Below, in pieces: positions 29,207 to 38,981 of a DNA stretch of 64,000 nucleotides. Source of the DNA: an uncultured Solirubrobacteraceae bacterium (GTDB lineage Bacteria > Actinomycetota > Thermoleophilia > Solirubrobacterales > Solirubrobacteraceae). Positions within the stretch are counted from its first letter, which is position 1. Each line of letters starts with the position of its first letter. Position numbers and translations under genes: made by a program. The notes beneath the pieces are model-generated. The model saw nothing but the letters and a program-made list of their open reading frames with translations. It was not told the DNA's origin and did no database searches. The DNA is taken from NCBI GenBank assembly GCA_963798325.1, contig CAWCSS010000006.1, positions 326,658-390,657 on the forward strand, read 5' to 3'.

Positions 29207-32200
29207 GTGAAACTTCCCGTAAGGCGGGTCGCGCTGGTCTGCGCGCTGGCGAGCGCGCTCTGGGCCGCGCCCGCACAGGCGGCCGATCCGGTGCTCGACC
29301 TGGAGACGCTGGACGGCCTGACGGCCGAGAAGATGATGGAGGACGGCACGCTCACCGCCGTCCAGCTGACGCGCGCCTACATCGCGCGGATCGCCGCGCT
29401 CAACAAGCGCGGTCCGGGCATCAACGCGGTCACGCAGCTCAATCCGCACGCGCTCGAGGACGCGGCGCTGCTGGACAAGGAGCGCGCCATGGGTCATCTG
29501 CGCGGCCCGGCGCACGGGCTGCCGATCCTGCTCAAGGACCTGATCGACGTGCAGGGCATGTACACCTCCGCGGGCAACTACTCGCTGCGCAACTCCTTCC
29601 CGCCGACCGACTCGGGCATCGCCAAGAAGCTGCGCGAACACGGCGTGATCATCCTCGGCAAGCTCGGCCTGTCGGAGTTCGCCAACAGCTTCGGCAACCA
29701 GCACTCGGGCTTCTCCAACCTCACCGGGCAGGTGCTCAACGGCCTCGACACCGACGCCGGTCCGTCCGGCTCGTCGTCCGGCACCGGCGCCGCCGGTGCC
29801 GCCGCGCTGTCGATGCTGACCGTCGGCACCGAGACGAGCGGCTCGATCATCTCGCCCTCGAACGCCAACGGGCTCGTCGGCCTGCGGCCGACGGTCGGTC
29901 TGGTGCCGGGCTACGGAATCGCGCCGATCTCGGCCTCCCAGGACACGGCCGGCCCGATGGAGCGCAGTGTCGCCAACGCGGCGCTCAACCTCCAGTCGAC
30001 GGCGGGCGCGGACCCGGACAGCGTCGCCGAGTACACGGCGATCTTCGGCCCCAACATCGACGCCGTGCTGCCGCCCGCGCCGGCCACCGTGCCCAACTAC
30101 ATGAGCGCGCTCGACCTGAACTTCGTGCGCGGCAAGCGCATCGGCTACAACGGCACGCTGACCGACGGCTCGCCCCTGAAGCTCGCCTATGACGCGCTCG
30201 TCGCGGCCGGGGCGATCATGGTCTCGCGCCCGACGATCGCGGTCGGCACCCTGCCCGCGCTGCCGAGCGGCTACGAGCAGCACAAGACGATCGACGAGTA
30301 CTACAAGCGGCTCGGCCCCGACGTCCCGATCCACTCGCTGCTGGAGGAGATCGCCGACAACCAGGCCAACGAGCACGAGGCGCTGAAGTTCGGCAACAAC
30401 TCGCACCTCAACGCCGGCAACGCGGACGTCACGCCCGGTGGCGCCAACGAGCTCGCCTACCGGACCAACCTGCCGCTGCGCAAGGCCGCCTACCACAAGG
30501 CGATCGACGACATGCTCAACAACGAGACGCCGAGCGATCCGAGCGACGACTTCATCGCCATCCTCGGCTCGGCGCCGTCGACGCCGCAGGCCGGCTACCC
30601 GCAGATCACGATCCCGATGGGCTACAACGCGACCCAGCGGCGCACGCTCAACGTCAGCGTCTACGGCGGCGCCTACGACGAGCGCGATCTGATCGGCATC
30701 GGGTACGTGATCGAGCAGGCGACCAAGCTGCGCCAGCGGGCGAGCATGGTCAACCCGAGCATGTACCGCTGCGCGAAGACCGTCCCGGCGCCGCCGTTCG
30801 CCGACCGCGGCTCGTGCAATCCGGACTACCCCACCGCGCTCAAGCTCGCGGGCGGGTCCCCGACGATCCTGCCGTTCAGCCTCGAGACCGAATCGGCGAA
30901 GTCGCTGCAGGACCGGATGATGGCCGGGACGTTGAGCAGCGAGATGCTGACCAAGGCCTACCTCACGCGGATCGCCCTGACCAACGCCGAAGGCCCGGCG
31001 CTGCAGGCCGTCCGCCAGCTCAACACCAACGCGCTCAGCGACGCCAAGGCGATGGACGCCGAGCGCGCGTCGAGCGGCGTGCGCGGCCCGCTGCACGGCC
31101 TGCCGGTGCTGATCGACGACACGATCGACGCCCGCGGCCTGCCGACCACCGGCGGCTCGATCGCCCTGCAGAAGAACGTGGCGAGCGCCGACAGTGCGCT
31201 GGTCGCCAAGCTCAAGGCGGCGGGCGCGATCATCCTCGGCAAGACCAACGTGGGTGAGTTCAACGGCCTGTTCGACGCGAACATGCCCGAGGGCTACTCC
31301 TCGCTCGGTGGCCAGGTGCTGATGGCCTCCGACACCGACAACTCGCCCGGCGGCTCCTCCGCCGGGTCGACCGCGTCGACGGCCGAGGGCCTCGCGGCGC
31401 TGACGTTCGGGCTGGAGACCTCGCCGGACACGGCGCAGATCATCGCCCCGGCCGGCATCGCGGGTGTGGTCGCCTTGAAGCCGAGCGTCGGCCTGGTGCC
31501 GACCACCGGGGTGCTCGGCGTGGCCTCGTCGCAGGACGCGCTGGGCCCGATCACGCGCACGGTCGGCGATGCCGCGACGGCGCTCAGCGCGCTGACGGGC
31601 ACGGCGTATCCGCTGTCGAGCTCGCTCGCGGGCAAGACGGTCGGCGTCACGTCGTCCACCACCGGGCCGTACCCGGCGGTGGTGACCGCTCTCACCGGGG
31701 CGGGCGCCACGACGGTGACCAAGACCGTTCCGGCGGCACCGACGACGCCGAGCATCGTCGCGTCCGAGTTCAAGCGCGACCTCGAGGGCTACCTCGCGGG
31801 CCGCCCCGGGATCAACACGCTGTCGGGGATCGTCAACTACAACGCCGCCAACCCGGTCGAGGGCCTCAAGTACCAGCAGGGCCAGCTCGAGGCCGCGCTG
31901 TCGCCGGACCTCTCCACCTACGCGTCGGACCTCGCGACCGGCAAGGCGGCGAGCGCCGCGGTGATCGACGGGCTGCTCTCCGACGTCGACGTGATGGTCG
32001 TCCCGAGCGGGGACGCGCTGGTGGGCATCGCCGACCGTGCCGGCTACCCGGTGCTGACCGTTCCGGCCGGCTATGGCACGGCGGGCGCCGGGCGCAACCC
32101 GATCGGGGTCACGTTCGTCGGGGGCATGAACCAGGAGGCGAAGCTGCTCTCCGCCGCCTACGCCTACGAGCAGGCGACCAACGTGCGGCTCGCACCGTCG

Positions 32201-32686
32201 TGGACGAACCCGTCGATGTTCCGCTGCGTGCCGGGCTCGACGTTCTACTCGCCGCACCACTGCCATCCGGGCGACCTGATGGGCACCGTCCCGTTCGGGC
32301 CGGACTCGTTCGTCATCGCGGGTGACGTCGGCGGCACCGTGCCCGCGACGCTCTCGCTGGTCCTCGGCGCCGCGCCGGCGTTCGGCGTGTTCACGCCGGG
32401 CGTGGCCGCCACGTACACCGCGTCGACCACCGCCACGGTGATCTCCACGGCCGGTGACGCGACGCTGACCGTCGCCGACCCGACCGGCACGAACAAGCTG
32501 GTCAACGGCGCGTTCTCACTCGCCTCACCGCTGGGCGGGCTGGGGGTCGTGAAGACCTACACCGGCCCGGTGTCCAACGACGTCGCGACGGTCACGTTCA
32601 CGCAGGCCATCAGCGCCACGGAGCCGCTGCGCACAGGCCCGTACACCAAGACGCTCACCTACACGCTGAGCACGACCACGCCGTAA
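29207..32686 (+). CDS. Secreted tandem amidase-signature protein with C-terminal WxL-like domain
   Basis: Signal peptide; two amidase domains (GLPILLKD/GSSSG/GTETSGS, then a degenerate copy); C-terminus GGTVPATLSL...TLSTTTP. Confidence 0.88.
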   Translation: MKLPVRRVALVCALASALWAAPAQAADPVLDLETLDGLTAEKMMEDGTLTAVQLTRAYIARIAALNKRGPGINAVTQLNPHALEDAALLDKERAMGHLRGPAHGLPILLKDLIDVQGMYTSAGNYSLRNSFPPTDSGIAKKLREHGVIILGKLGLSEFANSFGNQHSGFSNLTGQVLNGLDTDAGPSGSSSGTGAAGAAALSMLTVGTETSGSIISPSNANGLVGLRPTVGLVPGYGIAPISASQDTAGPMERSVANAALNLQSTAGADPDSVAEYTAIFGPNIDAVLPPAPATVPNYMSALDLNFVRGKRIGYNGTLTDGSPLKLAYDALVAAGAIMVSRPTIAVGTLPALPSGYEQHKTIDEYYKRLGPDVPIHSLLEEIADNQANEHEALKFGNNSHLNAGNADVTPGGANELAYRTNLPLRKAAYHKAIDDMLNNETPSDPSDDFIAILGSAPSTPQAGYPQITIPMGYNATQRRTLNVSVYGGAYDERDLIGIGYVIEQATKLRQRASMVNPSMYRCAKTVPAPPFADRGSCNPDYPTALKLAGGSPTILPFSLETESAKSLQDRMMAGTLSSEMLTKAYLTRIALTNAEGPALQAVRQLNTNALSDAKAMDAERASSGVRGPLHGLPVLIDDTIDARGLPTTGGSIALQKNVASADSALVAKLKAAGAIILGKTNVGEFNGLFDANMPEGYSSLGGQVLMASDTDNSPGGSSAGSTASTAEGLAALTFGLETSPDTAQIIAPAGIAGVVALKPSVGLVPTTGVLGVASSQDALGPITRTVGDAATALSALTGTAYPLSSSLAGKTVGVTSSTTGPYPAVVTALTGAGATTVTKTVPAAPTTPSIVASEFKRDLEGYLAGRPGINTLSGIVNYNAANPVEGLKYQQGQLEAALSPDLSTYASDLATGKAASAAVIDGLLSDVDVMVVPSGDALVGIADRAGYPVLTVPAGYGTAGAGRNPIGVTFVGGMNQEAKLLSAAYAYEQATNVRLAPSWTNPSMFRCVPGSTFYSPHHCHPGDLMGTVPFGPDSFVIAGDVGGTVPATLSLVLGAAPAFGVFTPGVAATYTASTTATVISTAGDATLTVADPTGTNKLVNGAFSLASPLGGLGVVKTYTGPVSNDVATVTFTQAISATEPLRTGPYTKTLTYTLSTTTP

Positions 32687-32694
32687 CGCGGTTG

Positions 32695-32722
32695 GGCGCC
32701 CCGCCTCTCGGGGCGGGGCGCC
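32695..32722. terminator. GC-rich hairpin between convergent genes
   Basis: GGCGCCCCGCC...GGCGGGGCGCC. Confidence 0.6.
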
Positions 32723-32730
32723 TAAACCCC

Positions 32731-32757
32731 ACCTAAAGGGGACTGTCCCCTTTAGGT
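32731..32757. repeat. Palindromic REP-like repeat, copy 3
   Basis: ACCTAAAGGGGAC-T-GTCCCCTTTAGGT. Confidence 0.85.
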
Positions 32758-32762
32758 TCCCT

Positions 32763-33608
32763 TTACTCGGTGATCTGGACGTACACCCGCTTGCGCGGGT
32801 TGCCGGCGGTGCCCGCCGTCGGCGTGCCATCGCTCTGGCGCGGGCTCACGACCAGCGCGTTGACCGTCTTGGCGTTGGCCGGGGCGCACTCGACGGCGAC
32901 GGTCTGGCAGCGCGCGACGCCGACCTCGCCGCCGAAGTTGGCGTCGGCCGCGCCGTCGCCGGACGTGTCGATCTTGTTCTGGAGGGCGATCGTCGCCGTC
33001 AGGCCCTTGCCCTCGAGCGAGGCGCCGGAGTCGATGTAGACGTTCTGGTTGGTCGTGTAGGCGTCGAGGATCGCGAAGCCGCCCGACTGCTCCTCGATCT
33101 GGCCGGCCTCGTTGAGCAGGAGCCAACGGGTCTTCAGCGCGCCGGCCTCGATGCCATCGACGCGGTCGGCGTTGAGGCCGGTGGCCACGCCGGTGGCGTT
33201 GGTGGTGAACGGCTTCTTGGTGTCGCCGCCGGCGCCGACGGTGATCAGGCCGGCGCTGGCGCCGCCGGTCGCGTTGAACTCGAAGGCGAAGCCGGTCGAG
33301 AGGTTGTTGGCGCGCACACACGGGTTGGTGGGCGGAGTGGCGGCCGTGCCGCCGACGGTCGAGCGGCAGCCGTAGATCGCGCCACCACCGGTGGTGGAGG
33401 TGTTCGACTGGCGTGTCGAGAATCCGCCGGTCGCCGCCGTGGTGGCCGGGTTGTTGGAGACGATCGAGGTCTCCTTGGTCGCGGTGCCGTTGCGGACGCC
33501 CTCCTTGAGGGTGTCGCCAGTCGCCGCAACGCCGACTGAGGTGATGCCGACGGCGAGCACCCCGGACGCGAGCAGGACGGAACGGAGGCGAGACTTGGAT
33601 GAGTCCAT
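32763..33608 (-). CDS. Secreted Gly/Thr-rich hypothetical protein
   Basis: Signal peptide, paired Cys, LNADRVDG motif; start at MDSSKS. Confidence 0.75.
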   Translation of the reverse strand: MDSSKSRLRSVLLASGVLAVGITSVGVAATGDTLKEGVRNGTATKETSIVSNNPATTAATGGFSTRQSNTSTTGGGAIYGCRSTVGGTAATPPTNPCVRANNLSTGFAFEFNATGGASAGLITVGAGGDTKKPFTTNATGVATGLNADRVDGIEAGALKTRWLLLNEAGQIEEQSGGFAILDAYTTNQNVYIDSGASLEGKGLTATIALQNKIDTSGDGAADANFGGEVGVARCQTVAVECAPANAKTVNALVVSPRQSDGTPTAGTAGNPRKRVYVQITE

Positions 33609-33791
33609 GATGAAGAAACGCAGCAGGGGCGGATTTGGACTCCTCCCGCGCCAAGTTGGCGGGTTGGACGCAGCGTCGGGGGTCAATTCGACCAGCGGTC
33701 CAATGAAATGGGGACGGGGGCACGGATAGCGTCCCCGGCGTCCGCCTGCACTGGGTCAGCAGGCGCTGCAACCACGGATGGAGGGTTCCAC

Positions 33792-36700
33792 TTGAAACGC
33801 GCTTTTGCCGCGGCCGTCATCGGCTGCGCGCTCTGGGCCGCTCCGGCGCACGCCGCCGAGCTCAACCTGGAGACGCTGGACGGCCCCACGGCCGAGAAGA
33901 TGATGGAGGAGGGCAAGCTCACCTCCGTTGAGCTCACCCGCGCCTACATCGCCCGCATCGCTGCGCTCAACAAGCGCGGGCCGGGCCTGAACGCGGTTAC
34001 GCAGCTCAACCAGGACGCGCTGAAGGACGCCGCGCTGCTGGACAAGGAGCGCAAGGACGGGCACATCCGCGGGCCGGCGCACGGCCTGCCGATCCTGCTC
34101 AAGGACCTGATCGACGTGAAGGGCATGTACACGTCGGCGGGCAACTGGTCGCTGCGCAACTCCTTCCCGGCGATCGACTCCGGCGTGGCCAAGAAGCTGC
34201 GCGAGAACGGCGTCGTGATCCTGGGCAAGCTCGGCCTGTCCGAGTACGCGAACTTCTTCGGCAACCAGCCGTCGGGCTTCTCGAACCTCACCGGTCAGGT
34301 GCTCGACGCGGTCGACGCCGACCAGAACCCGTCCGGCTCCTCGTCCGGTTCCGGGTCCGCGGGCGCCGCCGCCCTGTCGGCGCTGACGATCGGCACCGAG
34401 ACCTCCGGCTCGATCATCTCGCCGTCGCAGGCGAACGGCCTCGTCGGCCTGCGCCCGACCGTCGGCCTCGTGCCCGGCTACGGCATCGCGCCGATCTCCG
34501 CCTCCCAGGACACCGCCGGCCCGATGGACCGCACCGTGTCCAACGCGGCGATGACGCTGCAGTCGATCGCCGGCCCCGACCCCCACAACGCGGACTACTA
34601 CCGCGGCATCTGGGGCCCGGGCATCAACGACACCGACATCATCCCGCCGGTCCCCGCGACGGTGCCGAACTACATGAGCGCGCTGGATCTGAACTTCGTG
34701 CGCGGCAAGCGCATCGGCTACAACGGCACGCTCACCGAGGGCTCGCCGCTGAAGCTCGCCTACGACGCGCTCGTCGCCGGCGGCGCGATCATGGTCGAGC
34801 GCCCCGTGATCACCTCGTCGGGCATCCCGAGCGGCTCGGTCCTCAACTACGAGGCCCACCGCGACATCGACCACTACTACGCCCACCTGGGGCCGGACGC
34901 GCCGATCAAGTCGCTCCAGCAGGAGAACGACGACAACCTGGCCAACCCGATGGAGGCGCTGAAGTTCGGCAACAGCACGCACGCCGCGGCGCTGGCGATC
35001 GACATCAGCCCGGACTCGGCCGCCTCGGTCAGCTACCGCAACCAGCTGCTGCAGGGCAAGATCCTCACGCACGCCGGGATCGACCGGATGATGGCCAACG
35101 ACACCGCCGACCCGAGCGACGACTTCATCGCCATCCTCGGCAGCGTCAACAACGGCCCGCGCGCCGGCTACCCGCAGCTGACGATCCCGATGGGCTACAG
35201 CGACACGCTGCGCCGCACGCTCAGCATCTCGGTCAACGGCGGCGCGTACGACGAGCGTGACCTGATCGGCGTCGCCTACGTGATCGAGCAGGGGACCAAG
35301 CTGCGCAAGCCGGTCTCCGAGGTCAACCCGAGCATGTACCGCTGCGCCAAGACGGTCCCGGCGCCGCCGTACGCCGAGCGCGGCTCGTGCAACCCGGACT
35401 ACGAGTCGACGATCAAGCTCGCGGGCGGCACGCCGACGATCCTGCCGTTCGCTCTGGAGACCGAGTCGGCCACCTCGCTGCAGGAGCGGCTCGCGGCCGG
35501 CACGCTGTCCTCGGAGACGCTGGTGAAGGCCTACCTGACGCGGATCGCGCTGACCAACGCCGAGGGCCCGGCGATCCAGGCCGTTCGCATGATCAACACC
35601 GATGCGGTCGAGCAGGCGAAGCTGATGGATCGCGAGCGCGCGTCCTCCGGCGCCCGTGGTCCGCTGCACGGCCTGCCGGTCCTGCTCGACGACACCATCG
35701 ACGTGCACGGCATGCCGACCACTGCGGGCTCGATCGCACTGCAGAAGTCGATGCCGGCGTCCGACGCGGCGCTCGTCACGAAGCTCAAGGCGGCGGGCGC
35801 GATCATCCTCGGCAAGACCAACGTCACCGAGCTCGCCGGGCTGTTCGACAGCAACCTGCCTGAGGGCTACTCCTCGCTCGGCGGCCAGGTGCTGCTGCCG
35901 TCGGACACGGATAAGACCGTGGCCGGTTCGTCGGCCGGCAGCGCCGCCTCCGCGGCCGAGGGCCTGGCGGCGCTGACGATCGGCAGGGAGACGTCGACCG
36001 ACTCGGCGCAGATGATCGCCCCGGCGGGCGTCGCCGGCGTGGTGGCGCTCAAGCCGACGGTCGGCGCCGTCTCCACCGACGGCGTGCTGCCGGTGGCCAA
36101 GGCGCAGGACTCGGTGGGCCCGATCACGCGCACGGTCGCCGACGCGGCGACGGCGCTGGGTGCGCTGACCGGCCAGACGTACGCTCTGCCGACGTCGCTG
36201 GCGGGCAAGAAGGTCGCGGTCATCAACTCGACCACGGCGCCGTTCCCGGCCGCGCTGACCGCGCTGCAGGGCGCGGGCGCGACGACCGCCACCAAGACGG
36301 CGACGACGCCCTCGCCGAACCCGGCGAGCATCATCAGCCGCTCGTTCGAGAAGGACCTCAACGCCTACCTCGGCGGCGTCTCCGGCGGTGCCGGCTCGCT
36401 GCAGGGGATCGTCAACTACAACACGGCCAACCCGGTCGAGGGCCTGAAGTACCAGCAGCGTGAGCTGACGGCGGCGCTGTCGCCCGACCTCTCGTCGCTG
36501 GAGGCCGACACGGCCGCGGGCAAGGCCTCCAACGCCGCGGTCATCGACGCGCTGCTGGCCGACGGCTCGGACGCGGTGATGGTCGCCAGCGGCAGCTCGC
36601 TGGTCAACATCGCCGACCGCGCCGGCTACCCGGTGCTGACCATCCCGGCCGGGTACGGCACGGGCAGCGCAGGCCGCAACCCGATCCCGGTGTCCTTCAT

Positions 36701-37274
36701 CGGGACGGCCGGCGCCGAGGACAAGCTGCTCGCCGTCGGCTACGCCGTCGAGCAGGCGATGAACGTCCGCCAGGCGCCGTCGGTCACCAACCCGTCGATG
36801 TTCCGCTGCGTGCCGGGCTCGGCGTTCTTCTCGCCGCACCACTGCCACCCGGGCGACCTGCAGTCCACGACCGCCTTCGGTCCGGTCGAGTTCCCGGTCG
36901 CGGGTGACGTCGGCGGCTCTGTGCCGGCGACGCTCTCGCTGGTCCTCGGCGCCGCGCCGGCGTTCGGCCCGTTCACTCCGGGCGTGGCCGCCACGTACAC
37001 CGCGTCGACCACGGCCACCGTCATCTCGACGGCCGGTGACGCGACGCTGACCGTCGCCGATCCGTCGTCGGTGGCGACCGGGAAGCTGGTCAACGGGACG
37101 TTCTCGCTCGCGTCGCCGCTGGGCGGGCTCGGGGTCATCAAGACCTACACCGGGCCGGTCTCCAACGACGTCGTGACGGTTGCGTTCACGCAGGCGATCA
37201 GCGCCACCGAGCCGCTCCGCACCGGCGCGTACTCCAAGACGCTGACCTACACGCTCAGCACCACTACGCCGTAA
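33792..37274 (+). CDS. Second secreted tandem amidase with C-terminal WxL-like domain (paralog of 29207..32686)
   Basis: GGAGG then TTG start; same architecture with long identical stretches. Confidence 0.88.
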   Translation: MKRAFAAAVIGCALWAAPAHAAELNLETLDGPTAEKMMEEGKLTSVELTRAYIARIAALNKRGPGLNAVTQLNQDALKDAALLDKERKDGHIRGPAHGLPILLKDLIDVKGMYTSAGNWSLRNSFPAIDSGVAKKLRENGVVILGKLGLSEYANFFGNQPSGFSNLTGQVLDAVDADQNPSGSSSGSGSAGAAALSALTIGTETSGSIISPSQANGLVGLRPTVGLVPGYGIAPISASQDTAGPMDRTVSNAAMTLQSIAGPDPHNADYYRGIWGPGINDTDIIPPVPATVPNYMSALDLNFVRGKRIGYNGTLTEGSPLKLAYDALVAGGAIMVERPVITSSGIPSGSVLNYEAHRDIDHYYAHLGPDAPIKSLQQENDDNLANPMEALKFGNSTHAAALAIDISPDSAASVSYRNQLLQGKILTHAGIDRMMANDTADPSDDFIAILGSVNNGPRAGYPQLTIPMGYSDTLRRTLSISVNGGAYDERDLIGVAYVIEQGTKLRKPVSEVNPSMYRCAKTVPAPPYAERGSCNPDYESTIKLAGGTPTILPFALETESATSLQERLAAGTLSSETLVKAYLTRIALTNAEGPAIQAVRMINTDAVEQAKLMDRERASSGARGPLHGLPVLLDDTIDVHGMPTTAGSIALQKSMPASDAALVTKLKAAGAIILGKTNVTELAGLFDSNLPEGYSSLGGQVLLPSDTDKTVAGSSAGSAASAAEGLAALTIGRETSTDSAQMIAPAGVAGVVALKPTVGAVSTDGVLPVAKAQDSVGPITRTVADAATALGALTGQTYALPTSLAGKKVAVINSTTAPFPAALTALQGAGATTATKTATTPSPNPASIISRSFEKDLNAYLGGVSGGAGSLQGIVNYNTANPVEGLKYQQRELTAALSPDLSSLEADTAAGKASNAAVIDALLADGSDAVMVASGSSLVNIADRAGYPVLTIPAGYGTGSAGRNPIPVSFIGTAGAEDKLLAVGYAVEQAMNVRQAPSVTNPSMFRCVPGSAFFSPHHCHPGDLQSTTAFGPVEFPVAGDVGGSVPATLSLVLGAAPAFGPFTPGVAATYTASTTATVISTAGDATLTVADPSSVATGKLVNGTFSLASPLGGLGVIKTYTGPVSNDVVTVAFTQAISATEPLRTGAYSKTLTYTLSTTTP

Positions 37275-37298
37275 CGCGGTTCGAGCGCCGCGGCTGGT

Positions 37299-37940
37299 TC
37301 AGCCGCGGCGCTCGATCAGCCCGTTCTCGTAGGCGTAGATCACGGCCTGCACACGGTCCCGGAGACCGAGCTTGCCGAGCAGGTTGGACACGTGGCGCTT
37401 GGCCGTCGGCTCGGCGACCACGAGCGCGGCGGCGATCTCCGCGTTGGAGAGCCCGCCGGCGATCAGTTGCAGGACCTCGCGTTCGCGCTCGGTGAGCGCA
37501 TCCTGGGCGGCCTTCGGGGTCGCCTGGGGGAGCCGGTGCGCAACGCGGTCCAGCAGTTGGCGGGTCACGTGCGGGGAGAGCACCGCGTCACCGTTGGTCA
37601 CGGCTTTGACCGCGGCGACGAGCTCCTGGCGCGGAACGTCCTTGGTCAGGAACCCTGACGCTCCCGCCCGCAGCGCCTCGACGATGTACTCGTCCAGGCC
37701 GAACGTGGTCAACACGAGGACCTTGAACCGCGGCAGCCGCCGCGTCGCCTCGATGCCGTCCATGCCCGGCATCCGGATGTCCATCAGGATCACGTCCGGC
37801 CGGTGCTGCTCGGCGGCGGCGATCGCCTCCAGCCCGCCGTCGGCCTCGGCGACGACGGCGATCTGGCCGGTCGCCTCGAGCACGGTCTTGAACCCGGTGC
37901 GCATCAGCGGCTGATCGTCGGCGATGAGGACGCGGATCAT
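37299..37940 (-). CDS. NarL/LuxR-family response regulator
   Basis: LIADD, DVILMDIRMP and LTEREREVL HTH. Confidence 0.95.
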   Translation of the reverse strand: MIRVLIADDQPLMRTGFKTVLEATGQIAVVAEADGGLEAIAAAEQHRPDVILMDIRMPGMDGIEATRRLPRFKVLVLTTFGLDEYIVEALRAGASGFLTKDVPRQELVAAVKAVTNGDAVLSPHVTRQLLDRVAHRLPQATPKAAQDALTEREREVLQLIAGGLSNAEIAAALVVAEPTAKRHVSNLLGKLGLRDRVQAVIYAYENGLIERRG

Positions 37941-38058
37941 GAGCGGGAGCGCCCGCCACCGCGCGGCGGGCGTGCGTCGGCGGGACTGGTGGGGGTCATG
38001 AGCGGGAGCGCGCGCCGCCTCGCGGCGGGCGTGCGTCGGCAGGGCGGGTGGGGGTCAT
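37937..38058 (-). repeat. 59-bp tandem repeat (2 copies), each reading as a 20-aa ORF chained by ATGA overlaps
   Basis: TCATGA recurs at 37937, 37996 and 38055; units nearly identical with an internal GC palindrome. Confidence 0.85.
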
Positions 38059-38942
38059 GAGGCGTAGGGGAGCTCGGCGCGGACGGTGAAGCCGTGCTCG
38101 CGCGGGCCCGCCTCGAGCGTGCCGCCGAACGCCGCGACGCGCTCGCGCATGCCCACGAGCCCGTGGCCGCCGTTGCTTGTCGCAGGCGCGCCACCCCCCT
38201 CATCGGCGACGACCAGTTCGAGCGCGGCCTCGCCGTAGTGCACGGTGATCCGCGCGGGTGCCCCGTGGGCGTGGCGGATCACGTTCGTCACCGCCTCCTG
38301 GACGATCCGGTACGCGGACGCGTCGAGCGCGGATGGCAGCGGCCGCGGCGCGCCCTCCACCGCGAGCGTGATCGCCAGCCCCGCCGCGCGGGCGCCGTCG
38401 AGCACCGGGCCAAGGTCGCCGAGGCTCGGCGCCGGCGCGAGCTCCGCCTCGTCGCGCAGGACCTTCAGCGTGCGGTGCAGCTCGCCCATCGTGTGGCGCC
38501 CGAGCGTGGCGATCGCGTCGGCGCGCTCGTCGCCCGTGACCGCCGCCAGCGCCTCGGCCTGCACGACCATCAGCGCCACGTCGTGCCCGACCGCGTCGTG
38601 CAACTCGCGCGCGATCCGCAGCCGCTCCTCGGCCGCCGCCGCCTCGGCCAGCAACTCGCGCTCGCGCGCGACCGATCGCGTGCGCAACGCCATGTAGCGC
38701 GCCGCCCCGATCGTCCCCGCCGCGAGCACGCCGGTCGAGACCGGCTCCAGCCAGTGATCCATCGTCGCCACCTGAGAGCCGACGAGGAACACGCTCGCGA
38801 TCACCGCCACCCGCAGGCCACGGTCCACGGCCAGCCAGTACAGCGGAACGAGCGCGAGGATCGTGTACGGGTTCGAAAACGGCAGCGCCACCCCGACCAC
38901 GACGATCGCGGCGAACAGCGGGATGGCGAACTTCCGGAGCAT
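38055..38942 (-). CDS. HisKA_3 membrane sensor histidine kinase
   Basis: ERLRIARELHDAVGH, QEAVTNV and GHGLVGMRER. Confidence 0.93.
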   Translation of the reverse strand: MLRKFAIPLFAAIVVVGVALPFSNPYTILALVPLYWLAVDRGLRVAVIASVFLVGSQVATMDHWLEPVSTGVLAAGTIGAARYMALRTRSVARERELLAEAAAAEERLRIARELHDAVGHDVALMVVQAEALAAVTGDERADAIATLGRHTMGELHRTLKVLRDEAELAPAPSLGDLGPVLDGARAAGLAITLAVEGAPRPLPSALDASAYRIVQEAVTNVIRHAHGAPARITVHYGEAALELVVADEGGGAPATSNGGHGLVGMRERVAAFGGTLEAGPREHGFTVRAELPYAS

Positions 38943-38952
38943 AAAGGGAACG

Positions 38953-38975
38953 TTAAGGGGACTGTCCCCTTTAGG
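38953..38975. repeat. Palindromic REP-like repeat, copy 4 (shorter)
   Basis: AAGGGGAC-T-GTCCCCTT(TAGG). Confidence 0.75.
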
Positions 38976-38981
38976 GGGTGC

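Noticed and set aside
32763-33608. Phage tail-fibre gene or prophage (LNADRVDG motif)
   Set aside because: Has a signal peptide and no phage genes are nearby
29198-36848. Antisense ORFs of over 1000 aa (29198..32266 and 33756..36848) and many similar long overlapping ORFs
   Set aside because: Shadow frames of high-GC3 genes; Arg/Gly/Ala-rich with no motifs
37937-38058. Tandem repeat as a CRISPR array
   Set aside because: Only two contiguous units, no unique spacers and no cas genes
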